DNA of 64,000 nucleotides from contig CASFWW010000023.1 in NCBI GenBank assembly GCA_949298505.1, forward strand, positions 1,801 to 65,800, given 5' to 3'. The notes under the pieces were generated by a model. It was given only the letters and a program-made list of their open reading frames with translations. It did no database searches and was not told where the DNA came from. Origin of the DNA: an uncultured Christensenella sp. (GTDB lineage Bacteria > Bacillota > Clostridia > Christensenellales > UBA3700). Positions 1-14,283 of this stretch are shown here, piece by piece. The translations under genes were made by a program, and so were the position numbers. Numbering within the stretch: the first letter of the stretch is position 1; each line of letters starts with the position of its first letter.

Positions 1-693
1 AAGAAAAGCGGCTACGAAGAATACCTGATGCTCTGCGGCGACCAGAACAGGCTGGACAACGTGACGGAACTCAAAGCGGCGATCAAGGATTTCGTCGACG
101 ACGCCGGAGAACACGTCTCCCTTGCAGAATATCTGACCGCCGTGTCGCTGATCTCCAACGTGGATTCAAAAGACAAGGATCAGACTGTCAAGCTGATGAC
201 GGTGCACACCGCAAAAGGTCTCGAGTTTCCGTACGTGTTCGTCTGCTCTCTCAACGAAGGGCTATTTCCCTCCGTAAAGATAGAAAACAAACAGCAGATG
301 GAAGAAGAACGACGCGTCGCCTACGTCGCTTTCACCAGGGCGAAGGACGGGCTTTTTCTGTCCGACTGCGACGGCTTCGACATTCAGACAAGGGGAAGGC
401 TTCTCCCTTCAAGATTTATTTTCAACGTCGACGACTGCCTGCTGGAAAAAAGCGGAGAGATCACGGACGAATACATTCAGCTCGCGCAGGAGTACATACG
501 CGCAAGCGAATACGCCCTTTCTCATCCGTCGGTGCCGGATTTCCGCGTTTATCTGGGCGGAGACAGAGTGCGCCACCCGGTATTCGGAGACGGCACCGTG
601 ACCGGAAAACAGAACGGCTGTTATGTCGTTAAATTCGACAGCGGCAACATCAGAACGATCTCCGAAGGCTCCGGCGTGCTTCAGCCGATATAA
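1..693 (+). CDS. pcrA: PcrA/UvrD-family ATP-dependent DNA helicase, C-terminal part (5'-truncated by the window edge)
   Basis: Frame is open from base 1. SF1A motifs LMTVHTAKGLEFPYVF and EEERRVAYVAFTRA; C-terminal GDRVRHPVFGDGTV Tudor-like domain. Confidence 0.85.
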   Translation, partial: KKSGYEEYLMLCGDQNRLDNVTELKAAIKDFVDDAGEHVSLAEYLTAVSLISNVDSKDKDQTVKLMTVHTAKGLEFPYVFVCSLNEGLFPSVKIENKQQMEEERRVAYVAFTRAKDGLFLSDCDGFDIQTRGRLLPSRFIFNVDDCLLEKSGEITDEYIQLAQEYIRASEYALSHPSVPDFRVYLGGDRVRHPVFGDGTVTGKQNGCYVVKFDSGNIRTISEGSGVLQPI

Positions 694-739
694 TCTTTAA
701 CCTACACGGGCACGAAAAATTTTAATCTGATACGAATTT

Positions 740-766
740 AAAAAAGCGCGGATCTCCGCTCTTTTT
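740..766. terminator. Probable bidirectional intrinsic terminator between the helicase and dapL
   Basis: AAAAAAGCGCGG-ATCT-CCGCTCTTTTT, one mismatch in the stem, between convergent genes. Confidence 0.55.
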
Positions 767-858
767 ATATGTCTTGCCGCGTCGTATCCGCGCGGCATCA
801 ATCAAGCATATCAGCCGTGATTTGCCGGCATCGTATTCGCTTTCACGCCTTTTCAGCG

Positions 859-2046
859 TTACTCCGACAAAAGTCCGACGAGCCTTTCCGCCGCCGTCTT
901 CGTATCCTCAGGACTTCCGAAAGTGGAGAATCTGAAATAGCCCTCGCCGCAAGATCCGAAGCCCTCTCCCGGGGTGCCGACGATCTGTGCCTTTTCGAGA
1001 AGAAAGTCGAAAAATTCCCAGCTGCTCATTCCGCGCGGGCACTTCATCCAGATATACGGCGCGTTCTTGCCGCCGCAATACCATATTCCGAGTTTGTCGA
1101 GCGCGTCGGTCAGATATTTAGCGTTTTTCTTGTATACGGCAATGTTTTGTTTTATCTCTTTCTGCCCTTCTTCTGTAAACACTGCCGCCGCTCCCTTTTG
1201 CAGGATATACGAAACGCCGTTCGTCTTGGTGGTGCGGTTCCTGACCCACATCGCGTTCAGGTTCATCCCCTCTCTTTCAAGCTCTTTGGGGATCACTGTA
1301 TAGCCGCAGCGCGTGCCCGTAAAGCCCGCCGTCTTTGAAAGCGAGCATATCTCTATCGCACACGTTCTTGCGCCTTCTATCTCGAAAATGCTGTGCGGCA
1401 GGCTCTCGTCTTCGATAAACGCTTCGTACGCCGCGTCGAAGAGTATCACCGCGCCGGTTTTGTTGGCGTAGTCCACCCACTTTTTGAGTTTTTCTTTCGT
1501 GAATACCGCGCCGGTGGGATTATTGGGAGAACAGATATAGAGTATCTGCGCGTCTGTGCTCTCGTCCGGAAGGGGCAGAAAGCCGTTTTCCTCTCCCGAA
1601 GCGAGATGGACTATTTTCCTGCCCGCCATCACGTTTGCGTCCACGTAAGCGGGGTATGCCGGTTCGAGAACGAGCGCGGCGTCCGACTTGTCGAACAGAT
1701 CGAGTATGTCGCCGAGTTCGTCGCTTGCACCGCTTGAAACGAACGCCTCGTCCGCTTCTATCTTCACGCCGCGACGCGCATAGTAGTCAGCGACCGCCGT
1801 CCTGAAGAAATGCGCTCCGCATTCAGGCATATATCCGTGGAAGGTCTCCTTTTTCGCCTGATCGTCAACCGCTTCGTGAAGCGCTTTTATTACCTCATTG
1901 CAAAGCGGAAGCGACACGTCTCCGATGCCGAGACGGTAAAGATACGCCCCGTCGTGGCTTTCCACGTAAGCGCGCGTCTTTTGCGCTATTCTGTAAAAAA
2001 GATAAGAATCTTTCAGATTTTCGTAATAATGATTGGGTTTCAGCAT
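859..2046 (-). CDS. dapL: LL-diaminopimelate aminotransferase
   Basis: SYLF...LGIGDV N-terminus, CSPNNPTG, PLP lysine motif SLSKTAGFTGTRCG, TPGEGFG; adjacent to dapF. Confidence 0.93.
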   Translation of the reverse strand: MLKPNHYYENLKDSYLFYRIAQKTRAYVESHDGAYLYRLGIGDVSLPLCNEVIKALHEAVDDQAKKETFHGYMPECGAHFFRTAVADYYARRGVKIEADEAFVSSGASDELGDILDLFDKSDAALVLEPAYPAYVDANVMAGRKIVHLASGEENGFLPLPDESTDAQILYICSPNNPTGAVFTKEKLKKWVDYANKTGAVILFDAAYEAFIEDESLPHSIFEIEGARTCAIEICSLSKTAGFTGTRCGYTVIPKELEREGMNLNAMWVRNRTTKTNGVSYILQKGAAAVFTEEGQKEIKQNIAVYKKNAKYLTDALDKLGIWYCGGKNAPYIWMKCPRGMSSWEFFDFLLEKAQIVGTPGEGFGSCGEGYFRFSTFGSPEDTKTAAERLVGLLSE

Positions 2047-2819
2047 TGAATTTCTCCTTCAAAAACCGTGCGTGCCGGTCCCGTCATAATGACCTTGCCG
2101 TCCTCGCACCTGATGTTGAGCGCTCCTCCGTCCAGAGTCACGTCCACGCTTTTGCCGTCGCAAAGCCCGCTTCTGACCGCCGCCGCAACGCTGGCGCAGG
2201 TGCCCGTTCCGCAAGCCATCGTGATGCCGCTGCCTCTTTCCCAGACGCGCATGCGCAGTTTGTCCTTGCCTGTCACGCTGACGAACTCGACGTTCACGCC
2301 TCCCGGGAAGCGCGGATGCTTTTCAACGAGAGGTCCCACGGTATCCACGGGCGCGCTGTCGGCGTCGTCGACGAAAATCACGGCATGAGGATTGCCGACG
2401 TCAACCGGCACAAATGCTATCCCTCCTGCGACGTCAAGCTTTTCCGGCTCTCCGACGGTGACTTTGCCCATATCCACGGCAACGCTGTCCACCTTGCCGT
2501 CGACGACAAAAAGTTTGAGATACTTTATGCCTGAAAGGGTCTCTACCGCCAGTTCCGTCTTTTTGGTATAGCCTTTGTCATAAACGTATTTGCCCACGCA
2601 ACGTATGCCGTTGCCGCACATTTTAGCTTCGCTGCCGTCCGCGTTGAATATACGCATTTTAAAATCTGCTACGTCTGAAAGGCTTATCAGCACCAAGCCG
2701 TCGCCGCCTATGCCGAAATGACGGTCGGACAGCTTAACGCTGAGCGCTTCGGGATCCTTGGGCGCGCCGTATACGTAGATATAGTCGTTGCCCAGTCCCT
2801 CCATTTTAGTGAATTTCAT
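2040..2819 (-). CDS. dapF: Diaminopimelate epimerase
   Basis: MKFTKMEGLGNDY, NADGSEAKMCGNG, GNPHAV, ERGSGITMACGTG. Confidence 0.96.
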   Translation of the reverse strand: MKFTKMEGLGNDYIYVYGAPKDPEALSVKLSDRHFGIGGDGLVLISLSDVADFKMRIFNADGSEAKMCGNGIRCVGKYVYDKGYTKKTELAVETLSGIKYLKLFVVDGKVDSVAVDMGKVTVGEPEKLDVAGGIAFVPVDVGNPHAVIFVDDADSAPVDTVGPLVEKHPRFPGGVNVEFVSVTGKDKLRMRVWERGSGITMACGTGTCASVAAAVRSGLCDGKSVDVTLDGGALNIRCEDGKVIMTGPARTVFEGEIQC

Positions 2820-2828
2820 AAATTCTCC

Positions 2829-5800
2829 TTATTTGCCGTCAATAGTGGATACGCTTAAGGTTATCTCTTCGAGGACGTCGAGAAGAGCCCTTACCGTATC
2901 GAGCGCGGTGAGCACTGTAACGTTGTTCTCTATCGCGCATTGTCTTATCGCAGAACCGTCGGATATCTTGTTCTCGTTGCTGACGTCGCGGGTATTTATT
3001 ACGTAAGTCACGTAACCCTGACGAATGGAATCGAGGATATCGGTAGACCCCTCGCTTATTTTCTTCATTATACGCGTCTTTATACCGTGGCTCTTAAGGA
3101 ACTTGGCGGTACCTTCCGTAGCCTCTATGTTGAAACCGAGGTTGTAGAACCTGCGTATAAGCGGAAGCGCCTCTTCCTTGTCGCCGTCCGCTATAGTCGC
3201 GAGGACGGTGCCGTAATTCTGAACCTTTACGCCCGAAGCCTGGAGCGCCTTGTACAGCGCGCGGGTCAGGCTCTTGTCGTAGCCTATCGCTTCGCCCGTA
3301 GATTTCATTTCGGGAGACAGGTAGGAATCCATGCCGCGCAGTTTGGAGAAGGAGAACGCGGGAGCTTTAGCGTAGCAACGTTTCTTTTCCTCAGGGTAGA
3401 TAACGTTTATGCCCTGCTCTTTGAGGCTCTTGCCGAGAATGACCAGCGTCGCTATGTCCGCAAGGTCGTAGCCCGTCGCCTTCGAAAGGAACGGCACGGT
3501 ACGCGACGAACGCGGATTGACCTCTATGATGAACACGTTTTCTTCCTTGTCGACTATGAACTGGATATTGAAAAGACCGATTATGCCTATTCCGAGTCCG
3601 AGTTTCTGCGTATAGTCGAGGATAACGTTCTTGACTTTCTGCGATATGGAGAAGGACGGATATACGCTTATCGAGTCGCCCGAGTGAACGCCCGTGCGCT
3701 CTACCAGTTCCATTATGCCGGGAACGAAAACGTCCTTGCCGTCGCAGACCGCGTCGACTTCTACCTCTTTGCCCATGATGTATTTATCGACCAGTACGGG
3801 TTTGTCCTCGTCTATCTCGACCGCCGTCTTAAGGTAATGACGGAGCTGTTCTTCGCCAGCGACTATCCTCATCGCTCTGCCGCCTAAGACGAAGCTGGGA
3901 CGCACGAGAACGGGATAACCTATCTCCTTCGCCGCCGCGATGCCGTCCTCTATCTTAGTGACCGCTCTGCCCTTGGGCTGAGGTATGTTGAGCTCTACGA
4001 GAAGCTTTTCGAACGCGTCGCGGTTTTCAGCCTTTTCTATCGCGTCGCGGTCGGTGCCGATTATTTTTACTCCGCGCGCGCTCAGCGGCTCGGCGAGGTT
4101 TATAGCCGTCTGTCCGCCGAGAGAAGCTATGACGCCTATCGGCTTTTCGAGATCTATCACGTTCATTACGTCTTCGACGCAGAGCGGCTCGAAATACAGC
4201 TTGTCCGAAGTCGTATAGTCGGTGGACACCGTTTCAGGGTTATTGTTGATTATTATCGCCTCGAAGCCCGCTTTCTTTATCGTCTTTACCGCGTGCACTG
4301 TCGAATAGTCGAACTCTACGCCCTGACCTATACGGATAGGCCCGCTGCCGAGAACAACGACTTTCTTTTTATCCGATACGATTGATTCGTTTTCCTGTTC
4401 GTAAGTAGAATAGAAATAAGGGATATAGCTTTCGAACTCTGAAGCGCAGCTGTCTATCATTTTGTAAACGGGCTTTATCCCGCATTTTTCGCGCACGCTT
4501 CTGACCTTTTCTTCTGTAGTTCCCGCGTATTTCGCGACCGACTTATCCGAAAAGCCGAAACGCTTTGCTTCTAAGACCGCTTCGGGGGTCGCGCCCGTCT
4601 TTTCAAGCGAATTTTCTATCTCTACGATATGCTTTATCTTGTGCAGGAAGAAATCGTCTATCGCGGTAGCCGCGTTTATCTCCTCTTCAGTCGCGCCGAG
4701 GCGGAAGAGCTGAGCTATCGCGTATATCCTGTCGTCCGTGCCTATCTTTATATAGTCGGTAAGCGCCTTTTTGTCCATGCCGTCGAACTTAGCCATATAC
4801 ACGTGGTTTACGCCCGTTTCGAGAGAACGCACCGCCTTGAGCAGGCTTTCTTCAAACGTTCTGCCCACGCTCATGACCTCGCCGGTCGCCTTCATCTGCG
4901 TGCCGAGTTTATTGTTCGCGTCCGCGAATTTGTCGAACGGGAAACGCGGCATTTTGGTTACCACGTAGTCGAGTGACGGTTCGAAAGAAGCGGGCGTATT
5001 TGCCAGCATTATTTCATCGAGGTTCATTCCCACGCCTATCTTAGCCGAAACGCGCGCAATCGGATAGCCGCTCGCCTTTGAAGCGAGAGCCGATGAACGC
5101 GAAACGCGGGGGTTTACCTCTATGAGATAGTATTGGAACGACTTGGGATCGAGAGCGAACTGGACGTTGCAGCCGCCCTTTATCTCCAGAGCGCGTATTA
5201 TCTTGAGCGCGCTGTCTCTCAGCATATGGTATTCTCTGTTGGTAAGGGTCTGAGAAGGACATACGACTATACTGTCGCCCGTGTGTATGCCTACGGGGTC
5301 GAGGTTTTCCATGTTACAGATCGTTATCGCGGTGTCGTTGGCGTCGCGCATGACCTCGTACTCTATTTCCTTAAAGCCTTTTATGCTCTTTTCGACCAGC
5401 ACCTGATGGACGGGGGAAAGCGCGAGGGCGTTTTTGATTATCTCCAGAAACTCCTCTTCGTTGTCCGCAAAACCGCCGCCAGTGCCGCCCAGCGTAAACG
5501 CGGGTCTGAGCACTACGGGGTAACCTATGCGTTCCACCGCCTTAAGACCTTCTTCGACGGTATTGGCTATCTCTGAAGGAAGAACGGGCTCTCCGAGAGA
5601 CTGACAGAGTTCTTTGAAAAGCTCTCTGTCTTCAGCTCTCTCTATACTCTTGCTGTTTGTGCCGAGAAGCTCTACGCGGCATTCTCTCAATACGCCTTTC
5701 TTTTCAAGCTGCATAGCAAGGTTGAGACCCGTCTGTCCGCCGATACCCGGGATTATCGCGTCGGGACGCTCGTAGCGGATTATCTTTGCGATATATTCGA

Positions 5801-6003
5801 GGGTCAAAGGCTCCATATACACCTTGTCCGCGATCGACGTATCCGTCATTATCGTAGCGGGGTTGGAGTTGCAAAGCACGACTTCGTAGCCCTCTTCTTT
5901 GAGCGCGAGGCACGCCTGAGTGCCCGCATAGTCGAATTCGGCAGCCTGTCCTATGACGATAGGTCCCGAACCTATAACGAGTATCTTCTTTATGTCGGTA
6001 CGC

Positions 6004-6011
<8 letters not shown>
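2829..6011 (-). CDS. carB: Carbamoyl-phosphate synthase large subunit
   Basis: [30 protein letters not shown], duplicated ATP-grasp halves, C-terminal MGS domain; 1060 aa. Confidence 0.98.
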
Positions 6012-8723
<2,712 letters not shown>

Positions 8724-8733
8724 TTACCGCGAA

Positions 8734-10263
8734 TCACTCCCATTCAACCGTCGCGGGCGGCTTCGAGGTGATGTCGTAGACGACTCTGCCGACAGTCCTC
8801 ACTTCGTTGGTTATTCTGCTGCTCGCCCTTTCGAGTACCTCGTAAGGCAGGCGCGTCCAGTCCGCGGTCATGAAGTCGTCCGTAGTGACCGCTCTGAGCG
8901 CCACCGTATATCCGTAAGTCCTCGCGTCGCCCATAACGCCCACGCTTCTGGTGTCGGTGAGCACCGCAAAGTACTGATTCGTGACACGCTCGAGTCCCGC
9001 GTTCACGACCTCTTCTCTGAAGATCGCGTCCGCCTCTCTCAGCGTATCGAGTTTTTCTTTGGTTATCTCCCCGATAACTCTTATCGCGAGACCGGGACCC
9101 GGGAATGGCTGACGCCATACCAGGTCCGCGGGGATACCCAGCTCAGTGCCCACCGCGCGCACTTCGTCCTTGAACAGCTCGCGCAGCGGTTCTATTATCT
9201 CGTCGAAATCTATAACGCTGGGCAGTCCGCCGACGTTGTGATGGCTCTTTATCGTCGAAGCGTCGCCCGCGCCGCTCTCTATCACGTCGGGGTAAATGGT
9301 ACCCTGTACGAGATAGTTCACCTTGCCGATCTTCTTAGCCTCGCGCTCGAAAACGCGTATGAATTCTTCGCCTATTATCTTGCGCTTCTTTTCGGGTTCG
9401 GTTACCCCTTTGAGCTTTTCGAGGAACAGATCCTCTACGTTCACTCTTATTATGTTCATGTCGAAACGCTTTTTGAAAGTGCGCTCCACCATGTCTCCTT
9501 CGTCCTTTCTCAGCAGACCGTGATCGACGAAAACGCAGGTAAGGTCGGATCCTATCGCCTTGTGAAGAAGCACAGCCGCGACCGACGAATCAACGCCGCC
9601 CGAAAGCGCGCACAGCACTTTTTTGCCCTTGAGCTGCTTTGCATACTTTTCGACCGCCTCTTTAGCAAAGTCCGACATCTTCCAGTCGCCCGAACACTTG
9701 CATATCGCGAAAAGGAAGTTGTGAAGCATTCTCTTGCCGTATACCGTATGTGTGACCTCGGGGTGGAACTGCACCGCATATATGCTCTTTCCGTCGCTCA
9801 TCGCCGCGCACGGGCAATGCTGAGTAGTCGCGGTGACGGTAAAGCCGTCGGGCACGCACTTTATATAGTCGGTATGGCTCATCCAGCATATGCTCTTTTC
9901 GGGTACTCCCTCGAACAACGGGTCGTCTTTGACTGAAAGCTCTATCTTGCCGTATTCGCCCAAAGCGCCCGCGCTGCATATTTCGCCGCCCGTAAGCCAC
10001 GCGGTCAGCTGCGCGCCGTAACATATCCCCAGTACGGGAATGCCCAGTTCAAGCACTTTTTTGTCGCAATGCGGCGACTTTTCGTCGTAAACGCTGTTGG
10101 GTCCGCCGGTAAATATAATGCCCTTGTAACCCTCTGCGGCTATCTCTTCCGCGGTGATCTTGTTGTACGGTTTTATCTCGGCGTACACGTTCTGTTCGCG
10201 CACTCTGCGCGCAATCAGCTGGTTGTACTGTCCGCCGAAATCGAGTACCAGAATTTTTTCCAT
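8734..10263 (-). CDS. guaA: GMP synthase (glutamine-hydrolysing)
   Basis: [46 protein letters not shown] at 10263 chosen from the GAGG RBS. Confidence 0.97.
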   Translation of the reverse strand: MEKILVLDFGGQYNQLIARRVREQNVYAEIKPYNKITAEEIAAEGYKGIIFTGGPNSVYDEKSPHCDKKVLELGIPVLGICYGAQLTAWLTGGEICSAGALGEYGKIELSVKDDPLFEGVPEKSICWMSHTDYIKCVPDGFTVTATTQHCPCAAMSDGKSIYAVQFHPEVTHTVYGKRMLHNFLFAICKCSGDWKMSDFAKEAVEKYAKQLKGKKVLCALSGGVDSSVAAVLLHKAIGSDLTCVFVDHGLLRKDEGDMVERTFKKRFDMNIIRVNVEDLFLEKLKGVTEPEKKRKIIGEEFIRVFEREAKKIGKVNYLVQGTIYPDVIESGAGDASTIKSHHNVGGLPSVIDFDEIIEPLRELFKDEVRAVGTELGIPADLVWRQPFPGPGLAIRVIGEITKEKLDTLREADAIFREEVVNAGLERVTNQYFAVLTDTRSVGVMGDARTYGYTVALRAVTTDDFMTADWTRLPYEVLERASSRITNEVRTVGRVVYDITSKPPATVEWE

Positions 10264-10295
10264 ATATATGCCTCTCAAATATATTTTTTACTTCT

Positions 10296-11873
10296 TTATT
10301 TTCCGCTGTCGCCGTAGTTGGAAAGCACTCTCGCGGACGGGTCGGATACGTCGCAGCCCTTCCAGCTCTTGTTGGGCATCCAGAAGTCCTTTATCATCTC
10401 TCCCTGCCCCGGATAGTACTTTTCGAATATCTCTCTGTATAACAACGATTCTTTGGTGAACGGGCGCGCGTGCGCATACCGCGCGCGCTTTTCTTCGTAT
10501 TCTTTATCCGAATAATACCCGTCTGCGTACTCTTTCAGATAGTCGACCATCGAGTGCCCGACCGCGTCCGAAAAAGCCGCCTTTTCTCTCATCAGTATGT
10601 CGTAAGGGAGCCAGTCTCCTTCAAACGCCTTTCTCAGAAGATACTTGCCCTTTCCGTACACGTTCATCTTTATCGCGGGATCCAGACTCATTACGTATTT
10701 CACGAAATCCAGATCTCCGAAAGGCACCCTCGCTTCAAGCGAGTTGACCGATATGCACCTGTCCGCGCGCAGCACGTCGTACATATAAAGTTCTCTCACT
10801 CGCTTTTGAGCTTCCTTCTGAAACTCTTCCGCGCTCGGCGCGAAATCGGTGTACTTGTAGCCGAAAAGTTCGTCTGAGATCTCTCCGGTCAGGAGCACTC
10901 TTATGTCCGTCGTCTCGTGTATCGCCTTGCAGACCAGATACATGCCTATGCTGGCGCGCACGGTCGTTATATCGAAAGTGCCCAGTATTTTAATTACCGT
11001 ATCGAGCGCCGCCAGAACTTTTTCCTTGTCGATTATGACCTCTGTATGCTCGCTGCCGATATAGTCAGCAACTTCGCGGGCATACCTCAAGTCTATCGCG
11101 TCGCCGCTCATGCCTATCGAAAAGGTCTTTATCGGCTTTGCGCTTTTTTTTGCCGCGACTGCGCATACCAGAGAAGAATCAAGTCCTCCGCTCAGAAGAA
11201 AGCCAACTTTCGCGTCGGCTATAAGGCGTTTTTCTATTCCGGCAACCAGTTTTTCGCGTATCTTCGCGCAGGCTTCCTCTACGCCGTCTTTACTGACTTC
11301 TTCAACAGCGGCGATATCGCAATATCTTACAAACTTTTCGCCGTCGTAGTAACAGCCGGGAGGAAAAGGCATGATCCTGTCCGTCAGCCCGACAAGGTTG
11401 ATCGCCTCGCTCGCGAACATGATCGCGCCAGTTTCGTCGTAACCGTAGAAAAGCGGTCTTATCCCGATCGGATCCCTCGCGGCAACGAATCTACCGCGCT
11501 TTGCGTCGTATATCACAAGGGCATATTCCGCATCCAGCATAGCGAACGTGTCCGTTCCGTACTCCTTATAGAGAGGCAGGAGCACCTCGCAGTCCGAATC
11601 GCTTCTGAACGCATACTTGCCTTCAAGCGCCTTTCTGAATTTGTCGAAGCCGTATATCTCGCCGTTGCATACGATGTAGTCTCCGTCAAGACAAAACGGT
11701 TGCATTCCCTCGGGCGTAAGCCCCATGATCGCGAGCCTGTGGAAGCCCAAAAGCCCGGCGCCGGTATCAACGATCCTGCTGTCGTCAGGACCCCTCGACA
11801 CGGTGCGCGAAAAACCTTCTTCGAATTTCTCGCGCGGCGCGTCGCTCCGGCAATATGCCATTATCGAACACAT
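10296..11873 (-). CDS. asnB: Asparagine synthase (glutamine-hydrolysing)
   Basis: N-terminal MC (Ntn nucleophile), RGPD, NGEIY, LSGGLDSS, LEARVPF. Confidence 0.95.
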   Translation of the reverse strand: MCSIMAYCRSDAPREKFEEGFSRTVSRGPDDSRIVDTGAGLLGFHRLAIMGLTPEGMQPFCLDGDYIVCNGEIYGFDKFRKALEGKYAFRSDSDCEVLLPLYKEYGTDTFAMLDAEYALVIYDAKRGRFVAARDPIGIRPLFYGYDETGAIMFASEAINLVGLTDRIMPFPPGCYYDGEKFVRYCDIAAVEEVSKDGVEEACAKIREKLVAGIEKRLIADAKVGFLLSGGLDSSLVCAVAAKKSAKPIKTFSIGMSGDAIDLRYAREVADYIGSEHTEVIIDKEKVLAALDTVIKILGTFDITTVRASIGMYLVCKAIHETTDIRVLLTGEISDELFGYKYTDFAPSAEEFQKEAQKRVRELYMYDVLRADRCISVNSLEARVPFGDLDFVKYVMSLDPAIKMNVYGKGKYLLRKAFEGDWLPYDILMREKAAFSDAVGHSMVDYLKEYADGYYSDKEYEEKRARYAHARPFTKESLLYREIFEKYYPGQGEMIKDFWMPNKSWKGCDVSDPSARVLSNYGDSGK

Positions 11874-11883
11874 AAGCCCTCCG

Positions 11884-13977
11884 TTATCTTACGCCGAACA
11901 GCAGTTCTCCGTAAGTGGGCACCGGCCAGTATTCGGACGCGGTTTGAGTTTCCGCCTCGTCCACTACCGCCCTGAGAGCGCTCATTCTGGGAAGGATCGC
12001 GTCCCTGATATAGTCCGCTTCGGATATTATATCACAAAAATCCCTGACGTGAACGACAGCTTCTTTAAGTTCTGCCGTACAAGCCGCTGCGCGGTCTACC
12101 GATCCTGACAGCTTTTTTGCCAGCCCGTGTTCGTAATCACAACTTATATCAGGCATGAAATTTTTCTTGGAAATTGCCGTTTCGCAAATTTTCGAAACGT
12201 ATTTTTCTATCGCCGGAACAAGCTGTCTCTCCGCCATGTCAACCATCGTCTCAGCTTCTATAAGCACCGCTTTGCAATAGTTGTCCAGCATTATGTCGCA
12301 CCTAGATCTAAGCTCCGTCTCAGTGTAAACGCCCTGAGATGTCAGCATGTCCACGTTCTTCTTGTCGAGAAGGTGCGGCATACAGTCGGGTGTGGTGCGG
12401 TAGTTGGAAAGACCTCTCCTCTCAGCTTCTTTTATCCATGCTTCGTCGTAACCGTTGCCGTTGAAGATGATGCGTTTGTGATCCTTGATCGTCTTCTTTA
12501 TCATAAGGTGCAGAGCCGTGTTGAAATCCTCCACTCCTTCAAGCCTGTCGGCATACTGTTTCAGACTCTCCGCGACCGCGGCGTTCAGCATGATGTTCGC
12601 GCACGCAATGCTGTTGGACGAACCGAGCATTCTGAATTCGAACTTGTTGCCGGTGAACGCAAACGGCGACGTTCTGTTTCTGTCCGTCGTATCCTTCTGG
12701 AAAAGAGGGAGAACGTCCACGCCCAGTTTGAGCTGAGTCTTTTTCTTTCCGCTGTACGGCTTGTCGTTTTCTATCGCTTCGAGCACTGCCGTGAGTTCGT
12801 CGCCGAGGAATACCGAAAGCACTGCGGGCGGAGCTTCGTTCGCGCCCAGTCTGTGGTCGTTGCCTGCGGTTGCGACCGCGATCCTGAGCAGATCCTGATA
12901 GTCGTCCACGGCTTTGAGAACCGCGCAAAGGAAAAGCAGGAACTGCGCGTTCTCATACGGCGTTTCGCCCGGAGTGAGCAGGTTTACTCCCTTGTCCGTC
13001 GCCATGGACCAGTTGTTGTGTTTGCCGCTGCCGTTTACGCCCGCAAACGGTTTTTCATGCAACAGGCATACAAGTCCGTGACGGGAAGCGACCTTCTGCA
13101 TTATCTCCATGGTCAGCTGGTTGTGATCGGTCGCGATGTTCGTCGTGCTGTATATGGGCGCAAGCTCGTGCTGAGCGGGAGCGACTTCGTTGTGCTCGGT
13201 TTTCGCAAGTATGCCCAGTTTCCACAGTTCCTCGTTCAGGTCTGCCATGAAAGCTTCCACTCTGGGCTTGATCACGCCGAAGTAATGGTCGTCAAGTTCC
13301 TGCCCCTTGGGAGGCTTGGCTCCGAACAGGGTGCGGCCGGTATATATCAGGTCCTTTCTCTTGTCGTACATTTCCTTGTCTATAAGGAAATATTCCTGCT
13401 CGGGTCCCACCGAAGTGCGCACGCATTTGACGTTCGTGTTGCCGAACAGCTTCAATATTCTCATAGCCTGCCTGTTCAGCGCTTCCATAGAACGCAGGAG
13501 CGGGGTCTTTTTATCCAGCGCTTCGCCGCCGTACGAACAGAACGCCGTCGGTATGCAGAGCGTCTTTCCTTTTATGAACGCGTAAGACGTCGGGTCCCAC
13601 GCCGTGTAACCTCTCGCTTCGAACGTCGCCCTGAGTCCTCCCGACGGGAAGCTGGACGCGTCAGGTTCGCCTTTTATCAGCTCCTTGCCCGAAAACTCCA
13701 TAATCACCCTGCCGTCGGGCGCGGGAGTTATGAAGCTGTCGTGCTTTTCGGCGGTTATACCGGTAAGAGGCTGAAACCAGTGCGTGTAGTGCGTCGCGCC
13801 GTGAGCGATCGCCCAGTCTTTCATGGCATTCGCGACCGCGTTGGCTACCGAGATGTCGAGTTGCGACCCTCTGTCGATGGTTCTTTTGAGAGATCTGTAC
13901 ACGTCCGCAGACAACGTTGCTCTCATTACTCTGTCGTCAAAGACCATGCTGCCGAAATAGTCCGATACCGTTTGCAT
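11884..13977 (-). CDS. glnN: Glutamine synthetase type III
   Basis: [72 protein letters not shown] at 13977 follows an AGGAG RBS. Confidence 0.95.
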   Translation of the reverse strand: MQTVSDYFGSMVFDDRVMRATLSADVYRSLKRTIDRGSQLDISVANAVANAMKDWAIAHGATHYTHWFQPLTGITAEKHDSFITPAPDGRVIMEFSGKELIKGEPDASSFPSGGLRATFEARGYTAWDPTSYAFIKGKTLCIPTAFCSYGGEALDKKTPLLRSMEALNRQAMRILKLFGNTNVKCVRTSVGPEQEYFLIDKEMYDKRKDLIYTGRTLFGAKPPKGQELDDHYFGVIKPRVEAFMADLNEELWKLGILAKTEHNEVAPAQHELAPIYSTTNIATDHNQLTMEIMQKVASRHGLVCLLHEKPFAGVNGSGKHNNWSMATDKGVNLLTPGETPYENAQFLLFLCAVLKAVDDYQDLLRIAVATAGNDHRLGANEAPPAVLSVFLGDELTAVLEAIENDKPYSGKKKTQLKLGVDVLPLFQKDTTDRNRTSPFAFTGNKFEFRMLGSSNSIACANIMLNAAVAESLKQYADRLEGVEDFNTALHLMIKKTIKDHKRIIFNGNGYDEAWIKEAERRGLSNYRTTPDCMPHLLDKKNVDMLTSQGVYTETELRSRCDIMLDNYCKAVLIEAETMVDMAERQLVPAIEKYVSKICETAISKKNFMPDISCDYEHGLAKKLSGSVDRAAACTAELKEAVVHVRDFCDIISEADYIRDAILPRMSALRAVVDEAETQTASEYWPVPTYGELLFGVR

Positions 13978-13998
13978 AATTTTATTCTCCTTTTCAAT

Positions 13999-14052
13999 AA
14001 AAAAGGGCAATGGCGCCTATGCTTTTCAACATAGACGCCATTGCCCGTTTGA
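13999..14052 (-). terminator. Leader attenuator terminator of the glnN operon with an overlapping ANTAR-type hairpin
   Basis: Minus strand: GGGCAATGGCGTCTATGTT-GAAA-AGCATAGGCGCCATTGCCC followed by TTTTTT. It lies between the promoter and the glnN RBS; the 5' arm contains GGC-AATGGC-GTC (AxxG hexaloop). Confidence 0.8.
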
Positions 14053-14064
14053 TTTATGTTTCGG

Positions 14065-14093
14065 ATTATACACAACGCGAAATGGTTTGTCAA
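14065..14093 (-). promoter_or_regulatory. sigmaA promoter of the glnN operon
   Basis: TTGACA-17 nt-TATAAT, perfect consensus on the minus strand. Confidence 0.85.
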
Positions 14094-14161
14094 CGAATTT
14101 CAACAAATTCACATAAAAAAATTTTTTGTCCCTTTTCTCCTCTTTTTTTGATTGTTTTATG

Positions 14162-14191
14162 TTGACTATCTTTTTCCCCCCGTGCTATAAT
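14162..14191 (+). promoter_or_regulatory. sigmaA promoter of the glutamate synthase/ANTAR operon
   Basis: TTGACT-18 nt-TATAAT with an extended -10 TG. Confidence 0.75.
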
Positions 14192-14194
14192 CTG

Positions 14195-14259
14195 TCAAAC
14201 GGGCAAAGGCGTTCGTTTTTGAGGATAACTGTCCTTAAAAACGCGCCTTTGCCTTTTTT
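14195..14259 (+). terminator. Leader attenuator terminator of the glutamate synthase operon with an overlapping ANTAR-type hairpin
   Basis: GGCAAAGGCG...CGCCTTTGCC long hairpin followed by TTTTTT; alternative hairpin AAACGGGC-AAAGGC-GTTCGTTT. Confidence 0.8.
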
Positions 14260-14283
14260 ATTGCAAAAAAGAGAGGATTTTAT

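Noticed and set aside
12127-14034. 635-aa plus-strand ORF antisense to glnN
   Set aside because: Shadow ORF from codon bias; no recognisable motifs or RBS, and fully opposite a confident gene.
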